A DNA stretch of 64,000 nucleotides from Octopus vulgaris (GCA_951406725.2 OX597814.1:177010001-177074000), one strand, 5' to 3'; shown: positions 13,021 through 25,783, numbered from the stretch's first letter. Notes: a model not told the origin generated them from the letters alone. Numbers and translations are program-made.

Positions 13021-13332
13021 CTTTATAAGCCATTTAAGAAACACAAAAACCGTTAGGTTCACTTCAACATTTAAATTTAATATGTCAAACTATTTTCATT
13101 GCTTTGAGACCGCGACCTGTTCACTGACAAAAGCACAGAGTTTTGTCAGTGAACAGGTCGCAGTCTCAAAGCGTCGAAAATATTTTGACGTATTAAATTT
13201 AAATGTTGAAGTGAACCTAACGGTTTTTGTGTGTTTCTTAAATGGCTTATAAACACCTTCCATGCTGCAATTGTTTTTGTTCCAGTATACAATCTCAGAT
13301 CAGGTCACTTGCTATGCAAGTACATCTCCGTA
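13021..13332. mobile_element. Fold-back retroposon insertion carrying two inverted hammerhead-like motifs (G3-C8 variant)
   Basis: Inverted arms of about 117 bp (13016-13132 and 13141-13259) with an 8-nt loop; direct repeat ATATATTAAAGGT at 13008-13020 and 13333-13345. Confidence 0.8.
13144..13190 (+). ncRNA. Hammerhead-like motif with G3-C8 core (mirror copy at 13083-13129 on the minus strand)
   Basis: TGTCA-GTGAACA-G-GTCGC-agtctcaaa-GCGTC-GAAA-ATAT-TT-TGACG: stem I, stem II and a palindromic stem III are all present. Confidence 0.6.
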
Positions 13333-15199
13333 ATATATTAAAGGTATATCTGTTTTAATATATTATAGATATATTTTACAATATATCCGTGAAAGTTATT
13401 ATGGTTAGTAATAGCTCTAAGATAGTTCCCTGAGTTACTTTGTCATGGAATAAGCCACCAGTATAAAAAAAGTTACTTTATATTTATTCTTCCCAAAATT
13501 ACCATGAATAAAATCCTGCCAGAGTCAAGAACCTCAGCATATTTACCACTGAACTTCAGGTACCTATCCTAATCAATCAAGAAAGAAATGTATCCACATT
13601 CTTGCTCCAGTATGAAGAAATATTTCATGTTGCATTATTGATCCAGTATCTGAAATCCAAGTATTGGAAATCTATCATATGGTGATGGCAATGGAGAAGG
13701 ATCCTGCATACATATGGATGTGAAACTATTGTTTTGAAATATAGCTTAAGTAAAAGTTGTTGTCTTCCAAAATGATGAACCGGAGGTAAAATTTTAGACA
13801 AGATACCAAAGTGAATAGTGAGAACAGTGTAGTTCTAAAGATGGAACTGCACTGACTTCTAGTTTATCTCATTTCAAACATTTTAGAGCACTTTGGTTTC
13901 TCTTTCACAAAGCCTTGCATTAACATCCAGTTCACTTTCATTTCTTTTACCATTTTTGGTTCCAGGAAATAGTAAACAAATGACAGGATTTTAGAATTCT
14001 ATGATTCAAAATCAGGTGGACTGAAATTAGCAATATGTCTAGAGGCATATCAGATATCGCAAAGTAACTGTTGAAAGGGTTAAGATCTTTTAAAAAAGAC
14101 ACTGAAAAGATATTCAATAGCTTCATGCTGTGTGGGCCTTCAAAGAATTCTCAGAAGTGAACCAAATTTTGTGAAGGGTAAGTTCCTTGGTGAGTGAACA
14201 CATGAAAGTAGTTGGTAGGACAAGAATACAAGAGTGATTGTTGTGTGTGTGTTATATGTATAAATACATAGATACATATATCTATGTATGTATGCATATA
14301 CTGTAGTTATGTGTGAACATATATATACATATATATATACAATCCTCCTTGAAGACTATCTCACAATGCATTTGCAGTACCAGTGCTGATTCCAACATTT
14401 GGGATACTTGACTCGTCTGTAGAAGAAATCCTTTCTGTAGATGTTAAAACACACAAGATACTGACATCAGCTAGAAAACTCCACAAAAATGGTGATATCA
14501 ATAGGTTCTGCTGAAGAAGAGATAAAGGGGATAGAGGTTTGAGATCAATGCAGATAGCCTTTGAATGTTGTTTAGTCTCTCAGTTTTTGTAAGTAAATGT
14601 CTAAGTGACAATCTGGATAAGTTAAGCTTTTCAGAAAAAGAAATCAACCAGCTAACTCACGCATTACAAAAACAATCTGTAAGTGGAACAGTAAAAATAT
14701 GCAAGATTTTTCTCATGTTTAAAATGTGGCATTGTTTTTGTTATCTACATTCCAACGGTAGAGCTTTGTAACTTTGTTAGAAACCAGTTCCTTCCTCAGA
14801 GAATTTGAATAATTAAAAACAGAAGAGAACCTACCTACCTACATACATACATATATACGTATAATATACAATCACTTAGGTGTAAAACAATGTGCAGAAA
14901 ATAGTTCTTGAATACCAAAAGTAGAGTAAAATAATGTTTTATAGAAAATGAAAAGATTTCATAAACTTACTCATAGTTTCACATAACCGGCCACCAGAAA
15001 TTATGAGTGTTTAGAAAAATACTCAGGACTATCTAACGATCAGTCATGTGATACCGAGTTACAGCTCGTGAGGTCTTTACTACTTCAAAACACACACACA
15101 TAATATGTACATTCCCGTGTATCTCTACATACGTAGATGTATACATACAAATATACATATAATGAAGATGGATAGGTTTTTGCAATCGAAAAGGGAAAG

Positions 15200-16060
15200 T
15201 TAAGTAATTTTTATATATTTCAGGCATAAGACCCCATCATCAGGAGTTATCTGATTAAAGTAACGTAAATTTATGCAGATCTGGTCATATTGAGTGTCGT
15301 GTAAGCAGTGATTCAGCTTTGTCCGTTTACATGGTGGTATTGGCAAAGGACGAATGTAGTAGCAGGACCCGTTCTCCCCGAACGGTGCTGGCAGTGGTTG
15401 TAGGGGTCACAGTTGGGATGGTAGTGGATGGCTAGCTGTAGGCTGGCAGTAGTGGTGAAGATAACTGCCTACATTGTTACTAGTGGTGGTGATGGGTGTT
15501 GGATATAGTAGTCGGTTCTAAGATGCTGGTCGGCAACTGCAGTCATCGCAGTGGTGATATTGGTTGTGTCAGTGGCGAACTTTGTGCTGGCAGGTTGCTG
15601 CAAAAATCATCATTGTAGGGGTGATGATATTGGCCACGGCTGCAGCGAAGTTAGTGACAGTTAGTAATCGATTGTTAATCATCAGGATGGGTCGATGAAT
15701 TATCAAGTATTCTTTGATCCGGAGGTTACCAATATTTGTCTGGACATTATGGAAGCGTGTATCGTTGGTGCTGTTGTTACATTTCAGGATGTATTTGCAG
15801 AATGATGTGTGTCTCGTCAGGTGTTCCTTCACCCGGATGTAGAATGGTCGGATCGTATTGTTGATGTAGTCGTCGCATTTGGAACACCCGTAACTGGTAG
15901 ACCACATGTGTCCGTGGACACTTGTTCGTGTTGCGGATGGGATAGTTGGCTAATGTTCAGGGGGTGTTGTTCAATGTGACCTTTCGCTGACAGACCTGTA
16001 GAAACAGCTGTGCGGGTTTGGATGTTACGACCTTCATTGCTGATGGCCTTATTGATGTCA
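15200..16060 (-). mobile_element. Penelope-like element remnant (GIY-YIG endonuclease and 3' region with a decayed hammerhead)
   Basis: With one frameshift the minus strand reads NKCPRTHVVYQLR/CSKCDDYINNTIRPFYIRVKEHL...NLRIKEYLIIHRPILMINNR (PLE VVY..C..C..YIG.T.R....R..EH pattern); CTGATGA..GAAA motif at 15206-15248. Confidence 0.8.
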
Positions 16061-16418
16061 CTAGTGGTCCTCTCAAGTTCCACTGCAGCACTTTCGGCAA
16101 GCACCTTCCACTATAGCCATGGGCCGACCAATGCCTTGCAAGTGAACTTGGTAGACAGAAACTGTGTAGAAGATCGTTGTGTTTGTGTGTGTGTGTGTTC
16201 GTCTCCATCACCGCTTGACAACCAGTGTTGATTTATTTATGCCCCTGTAACTTAATGGTTCTGCAAAAGAGACTGATAAAATAAACACTGGGGTAGATTT
16301 GTTCGACTCAGCCTTCAAAATGGTGCTTCTGCATGGCTGCAGTCCAATGACAGAAACAAATAAAAGATTATATATATATATATACATACAAAGAAAAAAG
16401 ACAAATCAGTACGTTGTA

Positions 16419-17702
16419 CGAGGGGCGTTCAATAAGTAATGCCCCTGACCCACCTCCCATAGCAGTAGAGCAACAAAACATGGCACAGTTATTAGTCTTT
16501 TTCTATATAGGAACCACCCAGAGTTACGCATTTCTCCCATCGTTTGATGCAGCTCTGGAGACCGTTTTTGTAGAAGACCCCAGCTTGGTTCTCCAACCAC
16601 GACGTGACTTCAGAAATCAAGGCTGCATCATCTGGGAAACGCTTTCCTTTCAAAAACAACTTCATGGCTGGGAAGAGGTGAAAATCAGAGGCTGCAAGGT
16701 CAGGGGAGTAGGGAGGATGGGGGAGGAGTTCATAGCCGCACGCCTGTGCTTCTGATCTGGCGACAGGCGAGTTGTGAACCGGAGCGTTGTCCTGCAGGAA
16801 GAGGATGCCTTTGCTGATCTTGCCTCGCCTCTTGATTTTGATAGCTTCTCTTAATTTCCTCAAAAGTGAAGCATAATAGGCTCCTGTAATTGTGGTACTC
16901 TTTGCCAGGAAATCTGTCATCACTACTCCGTCCTGGTCCCAGAAGACTGTGAGCATGACCTTGCCAGTGGAGGGCTGCACCCTTGCCTTCTTTGGAGGAG
17001 GTGAGTCACGGTGTTTCCACTGCATTGACTGGGCTTTGGTCTCTGGATCATAGTAATGGACCCAGGTTTCATCCTGTGTAATCAGTCTTTCGAAAAATTT
17101 TGACTCATCTTCTTGACACATCTTCAAATTCATCCTCAAGCACTCGACGCGTTCTTGCTTCTGGAAAGGTGTGAGCAGCCTGGGAATCCATCTGGCAGAC
17201 ACCTTTTGCATATGCAAATGGTCATGAATGATAGTTTACACAGAACCGGTACTAATCTTGATCTCATGGGCTATTTGGCGAATAGTTATGCGTCGATCTT
17301 CCATTATGGCTGCCTCAACTTGACGGACAGATGCCTCATCAATGGCTGAAGGGGGGCGGCTAGATCTGGGAGCTGTTTCCACAGAGTTCCGACCATGTTT
17401 GAATTTACGATGCCAGCGTTTTACAAGGTCATATGATGGGGCATCATCACCATAAGTTACTTTCATTTCATCAAAAGTCTCCCGTGGTGTGCGTCCTTTC
17501 AAATATAAAACCCGGATCACTACTCGACACTCAACAGGCTCCATTTCACACTTGACTCAGTTCAAACACCTGTAAATCAGAAACCACAATTAGTTCAGAG
17601 CTGTATTTTGCCACTTAATCTATAAAGATTGCACATGCAAAATTTCAGCTAGATCAAACAACTGCAAGTGGGTCAGGGGCATTACTTATTGAACGTCCCT
17701 CG
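16419..17702 (-). mobile_element. Full-length (1284 bp) mariner DNA transposon
   Basis: 35-bp TIRs CGAGGG(G/A)CGTTCAATAAGTAATGCCCCTGACCCAC with one mismatch; TA TSDs at 16417-16418 and 17703-17704. Confidence 0.97.
16492..17544 (-). pseudogene. Mariner DD34D transposase (350 codons) with a single in-frame TAA
   Basis: ORFs 17236-17544 and 16492-17217 share one frame, separated only by TAA at 17236-17238. Motifs WIPRLL, TQDETW, LQDNAPVH and YSPDLAASD; D-D spacing is 34. Confidence 0.95.
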
Positions 17703-17985
17703 TATGCAACCAATGGAATCCTCGTGAAAGTGTTGAGTTTCTAAAAAAAAAAACTATTTGTCTGCCTATGTTTGGAAATAAACTTCGGTGAGTTATCCTT
17801 ATTTTTTTTTCTGAATTATTTCAAATTATAAAGGTAATTTATGGACACACACACACACTCACGCACACATTCTCTCTCCCTCTGTATATATATAAAGTTA
17901 ATCCAAACAAGAAAGCACAAAAAACACAACAACGCGAGGACGTGGAACAAATATAGTATTATTGGACGCTCAGGAAAGAAGGAGG

Positions 17986-18020
17986 GTTTAACGTTTCGAG
18001 CGGAGCTCTTCGTCGGAAAC
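17986..18020 (-). ncRNA. Minimal hammerhead motif in a short interspersed repeat (about 17895-18080)
   Basis: Minus strand: GTTT-CCGACGA-A-GAGC-tcc-GCTC-GAAAC-GTT-AAAC. A sister copy with canonical CTGACGA lies at 37014-37048(+). Confidence 0.7.
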
Positions 18021-18688
18021 ATAGGAGAAGGAAAGATCCAGAGAAGGGAAGACAGAGGGGAAAAATCGCCAACGGTACACTAGTTTTCAGGCCAGCAATT
18101 TTGGGAGAGGAGAGTAGTCGATTTCATCGACCCCAGTGCTCAACTGATACTTATTTTAGCGACTCTGAAAAGATGAAAGGCAAAGTCGACCTCTGGAATT
18201 TGAATTCAGAACGTAAAGACGGAGGAAATGCTACCAAGCCTTTTTGTGCGGCGAATTTACGATTCTCGCTGCTCGCCGCCTTATGTTCAATTATAATAGT
18301 AATACTTACACTCCGTCGGTTACGACGACGTGATTTCCAGTCGATCCGATCAACAGAACAGCCTGCTCGTGAAATTAACGTGCGTGTGGCTGAGTACTCC
18401 ATAGACACGAGTACCCTCAACGCAGTTCTTAGGGAGATTCAGCGTGACATAGAGTATGACAAGGTTGGCCTTTTGAAATACTGGTACTACTCATTTTTGC
18501 CAGCTGAGCGGATAGGAGCAACACTAAATAAAGTGCCATACTCAAGGATACAACGCGTCGCCGAGGATTGAACTCACGACCTTGCAATCGTGAGCCGAAT
18601 ACCCTTACCACTAAGCCACGCGCCTCAACTAATAGTAATAATAATAAGAAAAAAAACTCGATTTTACACTAATCTGAAAGATTACTCG

Positions 18689-18735
18689 GACAGTCCGATG
18701 ATGGCTTAGCTGGCCGAAACTTCGAAGTCACTGTC
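18689..18735 (+). ncRNA. Type I hammerhead motif
   Basis: GACAGT-CCGATGA-T-GGC-ttagctg-GCC-GAAAC-TTCGAA-GTC-ACTGTC: perfect 6-bp stem I, palindromic stem III, GUC triplet. Confidence 0.8.
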
Positions 18736-18754
18736 ATTCATGTTAAAAGAATTA

Positions 18755-18758
18755 TATA

Positions 18759-18842
<84 letters not shown>

Positions 18843-18870
18843 GTCTGTCTACACACACACACACACACAT
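18755..18870. repeat. (ATCT)n and (AC)n microsatellite
   Basis: Direct reading of the sequence. Confidence 0.95.
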
Positions 18871-19367
18871 ATGTGACTAGGGTGTTAGAAACACCTACAT
18901 TGCTAGAAATAAGACCTAAAATGCTCTAATGCTGTAGTCAACGCTCATAAATATAAACGTATACACTAACAGAGACCTTAATCGTCCGAACAGCCTAGTC
19001 ACATCTAGTGACAATTATAACACACACACACACACACATCTATATGTATATATAAACCTTTGACTCTGCAACACTGTATATAAATTCCCTACTGGGGATG
19101 ACCAAGTTTAAAAATCTGCTGAGATCTCACTCATAAGGGAATCTTACATTGCTTATAAACTCTATATTTGGAAAGATTCATATTAAACCCTGTTGGACTT
19201 TTGGATTTTACTCAAAGGATATTGGAATATTGCATATATACCATTATTCCTATAAAACGGATTTACAACTTCAATACCCATACATATCTTACATCTATTT
19301 TCTTTCTTCCACCTCACTCTCTATTTTGTATCACATCTAAACTATGACTTAATTTTCCTCTCACACC

Positions 19368-19419
19368 GTCTCCGATGAAGGGATATTATTTATTAATATC
19401 CTAGAAACAGCTGTAAGGC
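19368..19419 (+). ncRNA. Type I hammerhead motif
   Basis: GTCT-CCGATGA-AG-GGATATTA-tttat-TAATATCC-TA-GAAAC-AGCT-GTA-AGGC; palindrome ACAGCTGT, GUA triplet. Confidence 0.75.
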
Positions 19420-19482
19420 CTATCTATAAATGCTCTAATATCTATACAGCCTTGGTTTTTTTATCTTATTACACAAAACATT

Positions 19483-19550
<68 letters not shown>

Positions 19551-20905
19551 AGAGTAAGCACATAAATGTGAAATTAAGTGGATTAAAAGACATCACAAAA
19601 CTCTTACTCAGGTGTGGGGGAGGAGAAGCTGATTGCACTTCAGTACTTGATTGGTACTTTATTTTATCGACCTCGGCTGCTTTTGAACTCAGAACGTAAT
19701 ACTGCTAAGTACTTTGTCCGACGTGCTAACGATTCTGCCAGCTCATCGCCTTTATGAATAATTGTTTCTGATGTAAAGCACAAGACCTGATATTTAGTGA
19801 TGGTGGTAGGTTGTTAGTTGATACCATTGATCCTTGTACTTTATTTTATTAAACTCGGAAGGCAAAGTTGACTTCGGTAAGATTTGAACTTAGAATATAA
19901 AGAGCCGGAACAAATAATGTAAAGTAATTTTCTCCGACGTTCTAACAATATTTCTAGCTGACATTAGACTGCAGGGCAAATTTTGTCAGAAGAAAGGGTT
20001 AGTTCAGTCAACATTAGTACTTGACTGGCATTCGTTTTATCAAACCACTCACCTCTTAGAAATATGATGATAACTAAGGTCACCTTTTCAGGATTTGAAC
20101 TCGGAATACAAGGTGATGTGACTAAATATAGCCAGTCGTTTTATCTACTGCTCCACTGATTCTGTCAAATCCAAATGACATTGTAAGATTAGTGAATATT
20201 GTCTGAAAGAACCAAAACCAAACTGCATATAATTGTATCTGAAAGCGAACCTAAATATATTCAATTTAACGATGAACTTAAATAAAAGAGGGGAAAAAAA
20301 GTATGAAGAAATAAAATAACTGATGGAACTGTCTGACATATTGAAATGAGACTGAATAAATTTATTTTATTTGTTACAGAGTTTTTCAATGACAATTTTT
20401 TTTCTGTTTTTCTCATTCAAAGTAGCAAGAAGTGGATGATTATTGATTGAAAAACATGATAAAACAAGATAAAAACAAGATAAAACAATGTAAATAGATT
20501 CAACGCTTGTGTTATGCGTATCTCTGTGTGCCGTAGTAGGATTTAAATGTACTTTAACTGGTTTTATTTAAATTTCACAACGTTTTTTCTTGAGGTTTCT
20601 AAGTTCATACTATTGTGATCCAGGAGGACTGGTTCATATCTCGTTGCTTCATTGATAATGAGTATAAAGCAAAATTTATATTTGGGGTACCGCATTTATA
20701 AACTCTCTATTAGTAGTCCGTAAATAGTTTCATTTTCTTGTATTTCGATGTTGCAATTTTGTGCAGGCATGGCTGTGCAGTTAAGAAGTTCGCTTTCCAA
20801 CCACATAGTTTAGGGTTCAGTTCTGCTCCGTAACCAAAACCCTTGTGAGCGGATTTGGTAGAAGACACTGTAAAAAAGCTCGTCATACACACACACACAC
20901 ACACG

Positions 20906-21107
20906 TAACGGGTGCTGAAAAGTTCATGGCTTTAAGGGTATCGCGAAAGGTCTGGCTGAAGGTCCATCATTCGGAGTTCTTCAGAAAAACTGAAGGACCT
21001 CTGTGTCAAATTGAGAGGGGAATATATTGGAATAAAATTGAAAATCATTACGAACTGACCCTCCTATATTTTATTTTACCCAAAGTCAAGAACTTTTAGT
21101 AATTCTC

Positions 21108-21110
<3 letters not shown>
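20906..21110. mobile_element. Short mariner-derived MITE remnant
   Basis: Imperfect TIRs GGGTGCTGAAAAGTTCATGGCTTT / AAAGTCAAGAACTTTTAGTAATTCTCGTA in a TA context. Confidence 0.55.
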
Positions 21111-21196
<86 letters not shown>

Positions 21197-21399
21197 CTCT
21201 CTTTACTCTTTTACTTGTTTCAGTCATGCGACTGTAGCCATGCTAGAGTACCGCCTTTAGTTGAGCAAATCGACCCCATTCTTTGTAAGCCTAGTACTTA
21301 TTCTATCGGTCTCTTTTGCCGAACTGCTAATTTACAGGGACGTAAACACACCAGCATTGGTTGTCAAGCGATGTTGGGAGGGGGGGGGGACAAACACAG

Positions 21400-21477
<78 letters not shown>

Positions 21478-21633
21478 GACGGGCTTCTTTCAGTTTCCAA
21501 ATCTACCAAATCCATTCACAAGGCTTTAGTCGGCCCGAGGTTATAGTAGAAGACACTTTCCCAAGGTGCCACGCAGTGGAACTGAACCCGGAACCATGTG
21601 GTTGGTAAACAAGCTACTTACCTCACAGCCACT

Positions 21634-21697
<64 letters not shown>

Positions 21698-22090
21698 TGC
21701 GTCTATGTGTATGGTATGTTTATGTCTACTTTTCTTGACACTGGGTGATAGATGTAAATGAGTATCATCGTTATACAAGCGGTGTTACTTATTTTTAATC
21801 TTCAATGAAAAAATCTGGCCAGGGGGAAATATCTTACTTGGAAACAAGAAAGAATTGGTGAAATACATCTGGTCATAGAAAATATGCCTCAGCGAATTCC
21901 GTTCAACCAATGCAAGCATAGAAATGTGGACGTTAAGACGACGAGGATGATGGTTAATGGTGATGACGATATTGGTGAGGGTCTCAAATGTAAATGAGTA
22001 TCATCGTCATAGTATATCCATTTGAGTATCTCTTTTTAAGACATGGATTTGATTTGAGAGACATTTCGGCAATAGAATTATGCACATACT

Positions 22091-22155
<65 letters not shown>

Positions 22156-23634
22156 AGATACAACTTACTCCCTGTCTTTCCAAAACTCGACACCGGATTA
22201 AATTCAGTTCGTGTTATTAGTGTATGTATGTATGTGTGTGCGTGTGTGTGCGTGCGTACGTGTGTGCATTAGAGCAGTGTGTTTGAATGAAGTATTGTAT
22301 GTTAGGCGGAGGCGCGTGGCTTAGTGGTTAGGGTGTCAGTATCATGATCGTAAGATTGTCGTTTCGATTCCTGGACCGGGCGACGCGTTGTGTTCTTGAG
22401 CAAAACACTACATTTCACGTTGCTCCAGTCCACCCAGCTGGCAAAAATGAGTAACGCTGCGATGGACTGGCGTCCCGGCCAGCTGGGGAACAGATACACA
22501 TTTGAAACCGGAAAACCGGGCCCATGACCCTGGATAAGCTTTAAAAGGGCGCATTTATTATTTTTTCTATTGTATGTTAGAGTTGTTGACATTGTTTAAA
22601 AGCAAGTATAACGCAAATTAGAAATTAAGGAGCGAAAATGAAGACAAAGCAATGCATTACACTTTATCTAATATTTCAATATTTCGAGCTTGAAACAACT
22701 TTATCAAAAGGAAATACAGGAAAGTGATGAGCTGTATCTTTTGCTCAGATATGAAGAAGGTTAAGATGCAACGTGCACAGACATATATTGTCCTAATCTA
22801 TCCGCTTTGTGCAATTCGCATCTCTCTCGTCGCCCTTTTCAAGCCTAGCCAGGCTCATGGGCCCGGTTTCCCGGTTTCTGTGGCGTATGTGTTCCCCCCA
22901 GCTGGACGGGACGCCAGTCCATCACAGCGTTACTCAAGAAACAGGAAGAGAGAGAGTGAGAGAAAGTTGTGGCGGAAGAGTACAACCGGGGTCGCCACAA
23001 CCCCCTGCCGGAGCCTCGTGGAGCTTTTAGGTGTTTTCGTTCAATAAACACACACAACGCCCGGTCTGGGAATCGAAACCGCGATCCTCCGACCGTGAGT
23101 CCGCTGCCCTAACCACTGCCATTGCGCCTCCACGCAATTCGCATCTACTGTTAATAAATTCATTCACATATTTAATGAGGATGGTTTCCTTGATCCTCAA
23201 ATTAATTTCTGGTGCTCTGTCGTCTTGGCAACCAATATGTCTAAGCTGTGGAATTCCGACAAGCGTTTCTTAATTGATGTGTTTTGTTTGTCTACACGTG
23301 TTCCTTAAGGCTGAAATGCAGTCTTCTGATAGTGCTTCCGATGTGGGAACTGCCATTGTGCTTATTGCAGACTATTTGGCTTTTGTGGTATATGATTTGC
23401 ACATAGGCTTTGTAGCATATTTCTACATTAATAATCGGGGAAGTTGACCAGTGTGTGAACAATGCTGCTGCCTGTTAAATGATTCCTAGTACTCTAGTTA
23501 TGCTAGTATTAATGTATTTAATGCGCACAACATTAAAAGATAAGCAGGAATAAATATGTGACGAGTACAAAAAAATGATATTGGCGATTGACTAACATTA
23601 TTTTAATTGTCTCAGCAAAAACCGGAGACAACTC

Positions 23635-24069
23635 GGATCTTTTCGGTTTGAACGGCAGTTTTTTAAAATAATTCCCACGTAACTAAACACTTTTAAACTT
23701 CGTATACTGGTAGAATGTGTTTATAAAACATCTTTATCTCTTGGCTTTATTGAGAAAATTCTATAGTTTGTAAGATATTTGTTGTTTTTTTTTCTTCAAT
23801 TTCTGCAATTTCAACCAATCAATGACGACTATTGAGTTGGAAACATTCTGTGCCGTATGAATATGTCCCTCGTTTAAGAAACAGATTGAGTTTATTTACA
23901 TTTCGGAAGAAAAAAAAGATACCCTTCTCCCACCCCTAACCCTAACCCTAACCCTAACTAACCCTAAAACAGATTGAAATGCAATAGATCGATACTAGAG
24001 TCATAATTATGGGTGACAATTTCATATGACACCGCTAGAAAAAAACTGCCGTTCAAACCGATAAGATCC
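23635..24069. mobile_element. Second copy (opposite orientation) of the TTAGGG-containing MITE
   Basis: Same TIRs as 10359-10775; internal (CCCTAA)n at about 23934-23968. Confidence 0.9.
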
Positions 24070-24230
24070 AAAATATTAGCCATTGACTAACATTATTTTA
24101 ATTTTCTCAGAAAAAACAGGAGACAACTCTTGAGATGAAAATGCCTTGTAGCAGTTGAAAGAGCACTGAACTGGGATCGCCGACCCTGCGTCATTGTATT
24201 ACTGTCGTTATTTAACCCGAAGCCAGCTTT

Positions 24231-24231
<1 letters not shown>

Positions 24232-24262
<31 letters not shown>

Positions 24263-25152
24263 TGTATGTATGTATGTATGTATGTATGTATGTATGTATG
24301 CATGCATGTATGTATGTATGTATGTATGTATGTATGTGTGTGTATGTATGTGTGTGTGTGTGTATATGTATGTATGTGTGTATGAATGTATGTATGTATG
24401 TGTGTGAATGTGTGTATGTGTGTATGTGAATGTGTGTATGTATGTATGTATGTATGTATGTGTGTATGTATGTATGTGTGCATGTGTGTATGTATTTATG
24501 TATGTATGTGTATGTATGTATGTATGTATGCATGCATGTATATATGCATGCATGCATGTATATATGTACGCATGCATGAATGTATGCATGCATGTATGTA
24601 TGCATGTATGTATGCATGTATATATGCATGTATGTATGCATGCATGTATGTATGCATGCATGTATGTATGCATGCATGCATGTATGTATGTATGTATGCA
24701 TGCATGTATGTATGTACATGCATGCATGTATGTATGTACACGCATGTATGTATGTATGTATGTACACGCATGTATGTATGTATGTATGTATGTATATATG
24801 TATGTACGTATGTATGCATGTATTTCTCTTTCTCTTATTCTGTGCAGTCAAGTATAACGTACATTTTTAAGTGCGTATGCCGCTGGGAGAAGAAATTTCC
24901 TGGCGTTTCGGAGCAAATTTTTCACCGGAGAGAAGAAACGTTTTTTGCGTCTTTCAACTATCAAAACCTTGGTGAAATACACACACACACACGCACACAC
25001 ACACACACACTCACACACACACACACAAACACACACGCACATACACACCCGCGCGTACATATGTATTATACTATATATTATAATATATATTATAATAAAT
25101 ATTGATATATCTATTTGCCATGCATATGTACATACACACAGTATGTGTGTGC

Positions 25153-25190
<38 letters not shown>

Positions 25191-25296
25191 GCCACGCATA
25201 TATACACACAGTATGTGTGTCTGTATATATATATATATCTATATATCTATATATCTATATGCCATGCATATATACATACATACGGTATGTATGTGC

Positions 25297-25351
<55 letters not shown>

Positions 25352-25529
25352 TGTGTGTGTATACGTATGCGTGTATGTGTTATATATCATTATGTGTGTG
25401 TATGTGTGTGTGTGTGTACATGTTTATTGATTGTGATTGCTAGGTGGCAGCTGTCCTGGTTTTGCTATCCAAGTCTACTGCAAAGAGTCTTGGGGGAAGA
25501 CAACGTATTACTTCAGACAGTAGGCACAT

Positions 25530-25628
<99 letters not shown>

Positions 25629-25745
25629 TTACACACAAACACACACGCGCACACAGTATGTTCTTTAGTGTCGTATGTTGGTCGGATTCTCTTAATGTCA
25701 ACAATGTTGATAACTGACAAGCTTCAATTCCTCCAAGACAACGCG

Positions 25746-25783
<38 letters not shown>

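Noticed and set aside
17236-17238. Rescue of the mariner TAA by A-to-I editing
   Set aside because: It needs two edits and would give Trp at a site that was probably Glu or Gln; no dsRNA context is evident, and a plain nonsense mutation is simpler.
23934-23968. Telomere or chromosome-fusion relic
   Set aside because: The repeats are internal to a TIR-bounded MITE that is present twice in the window.
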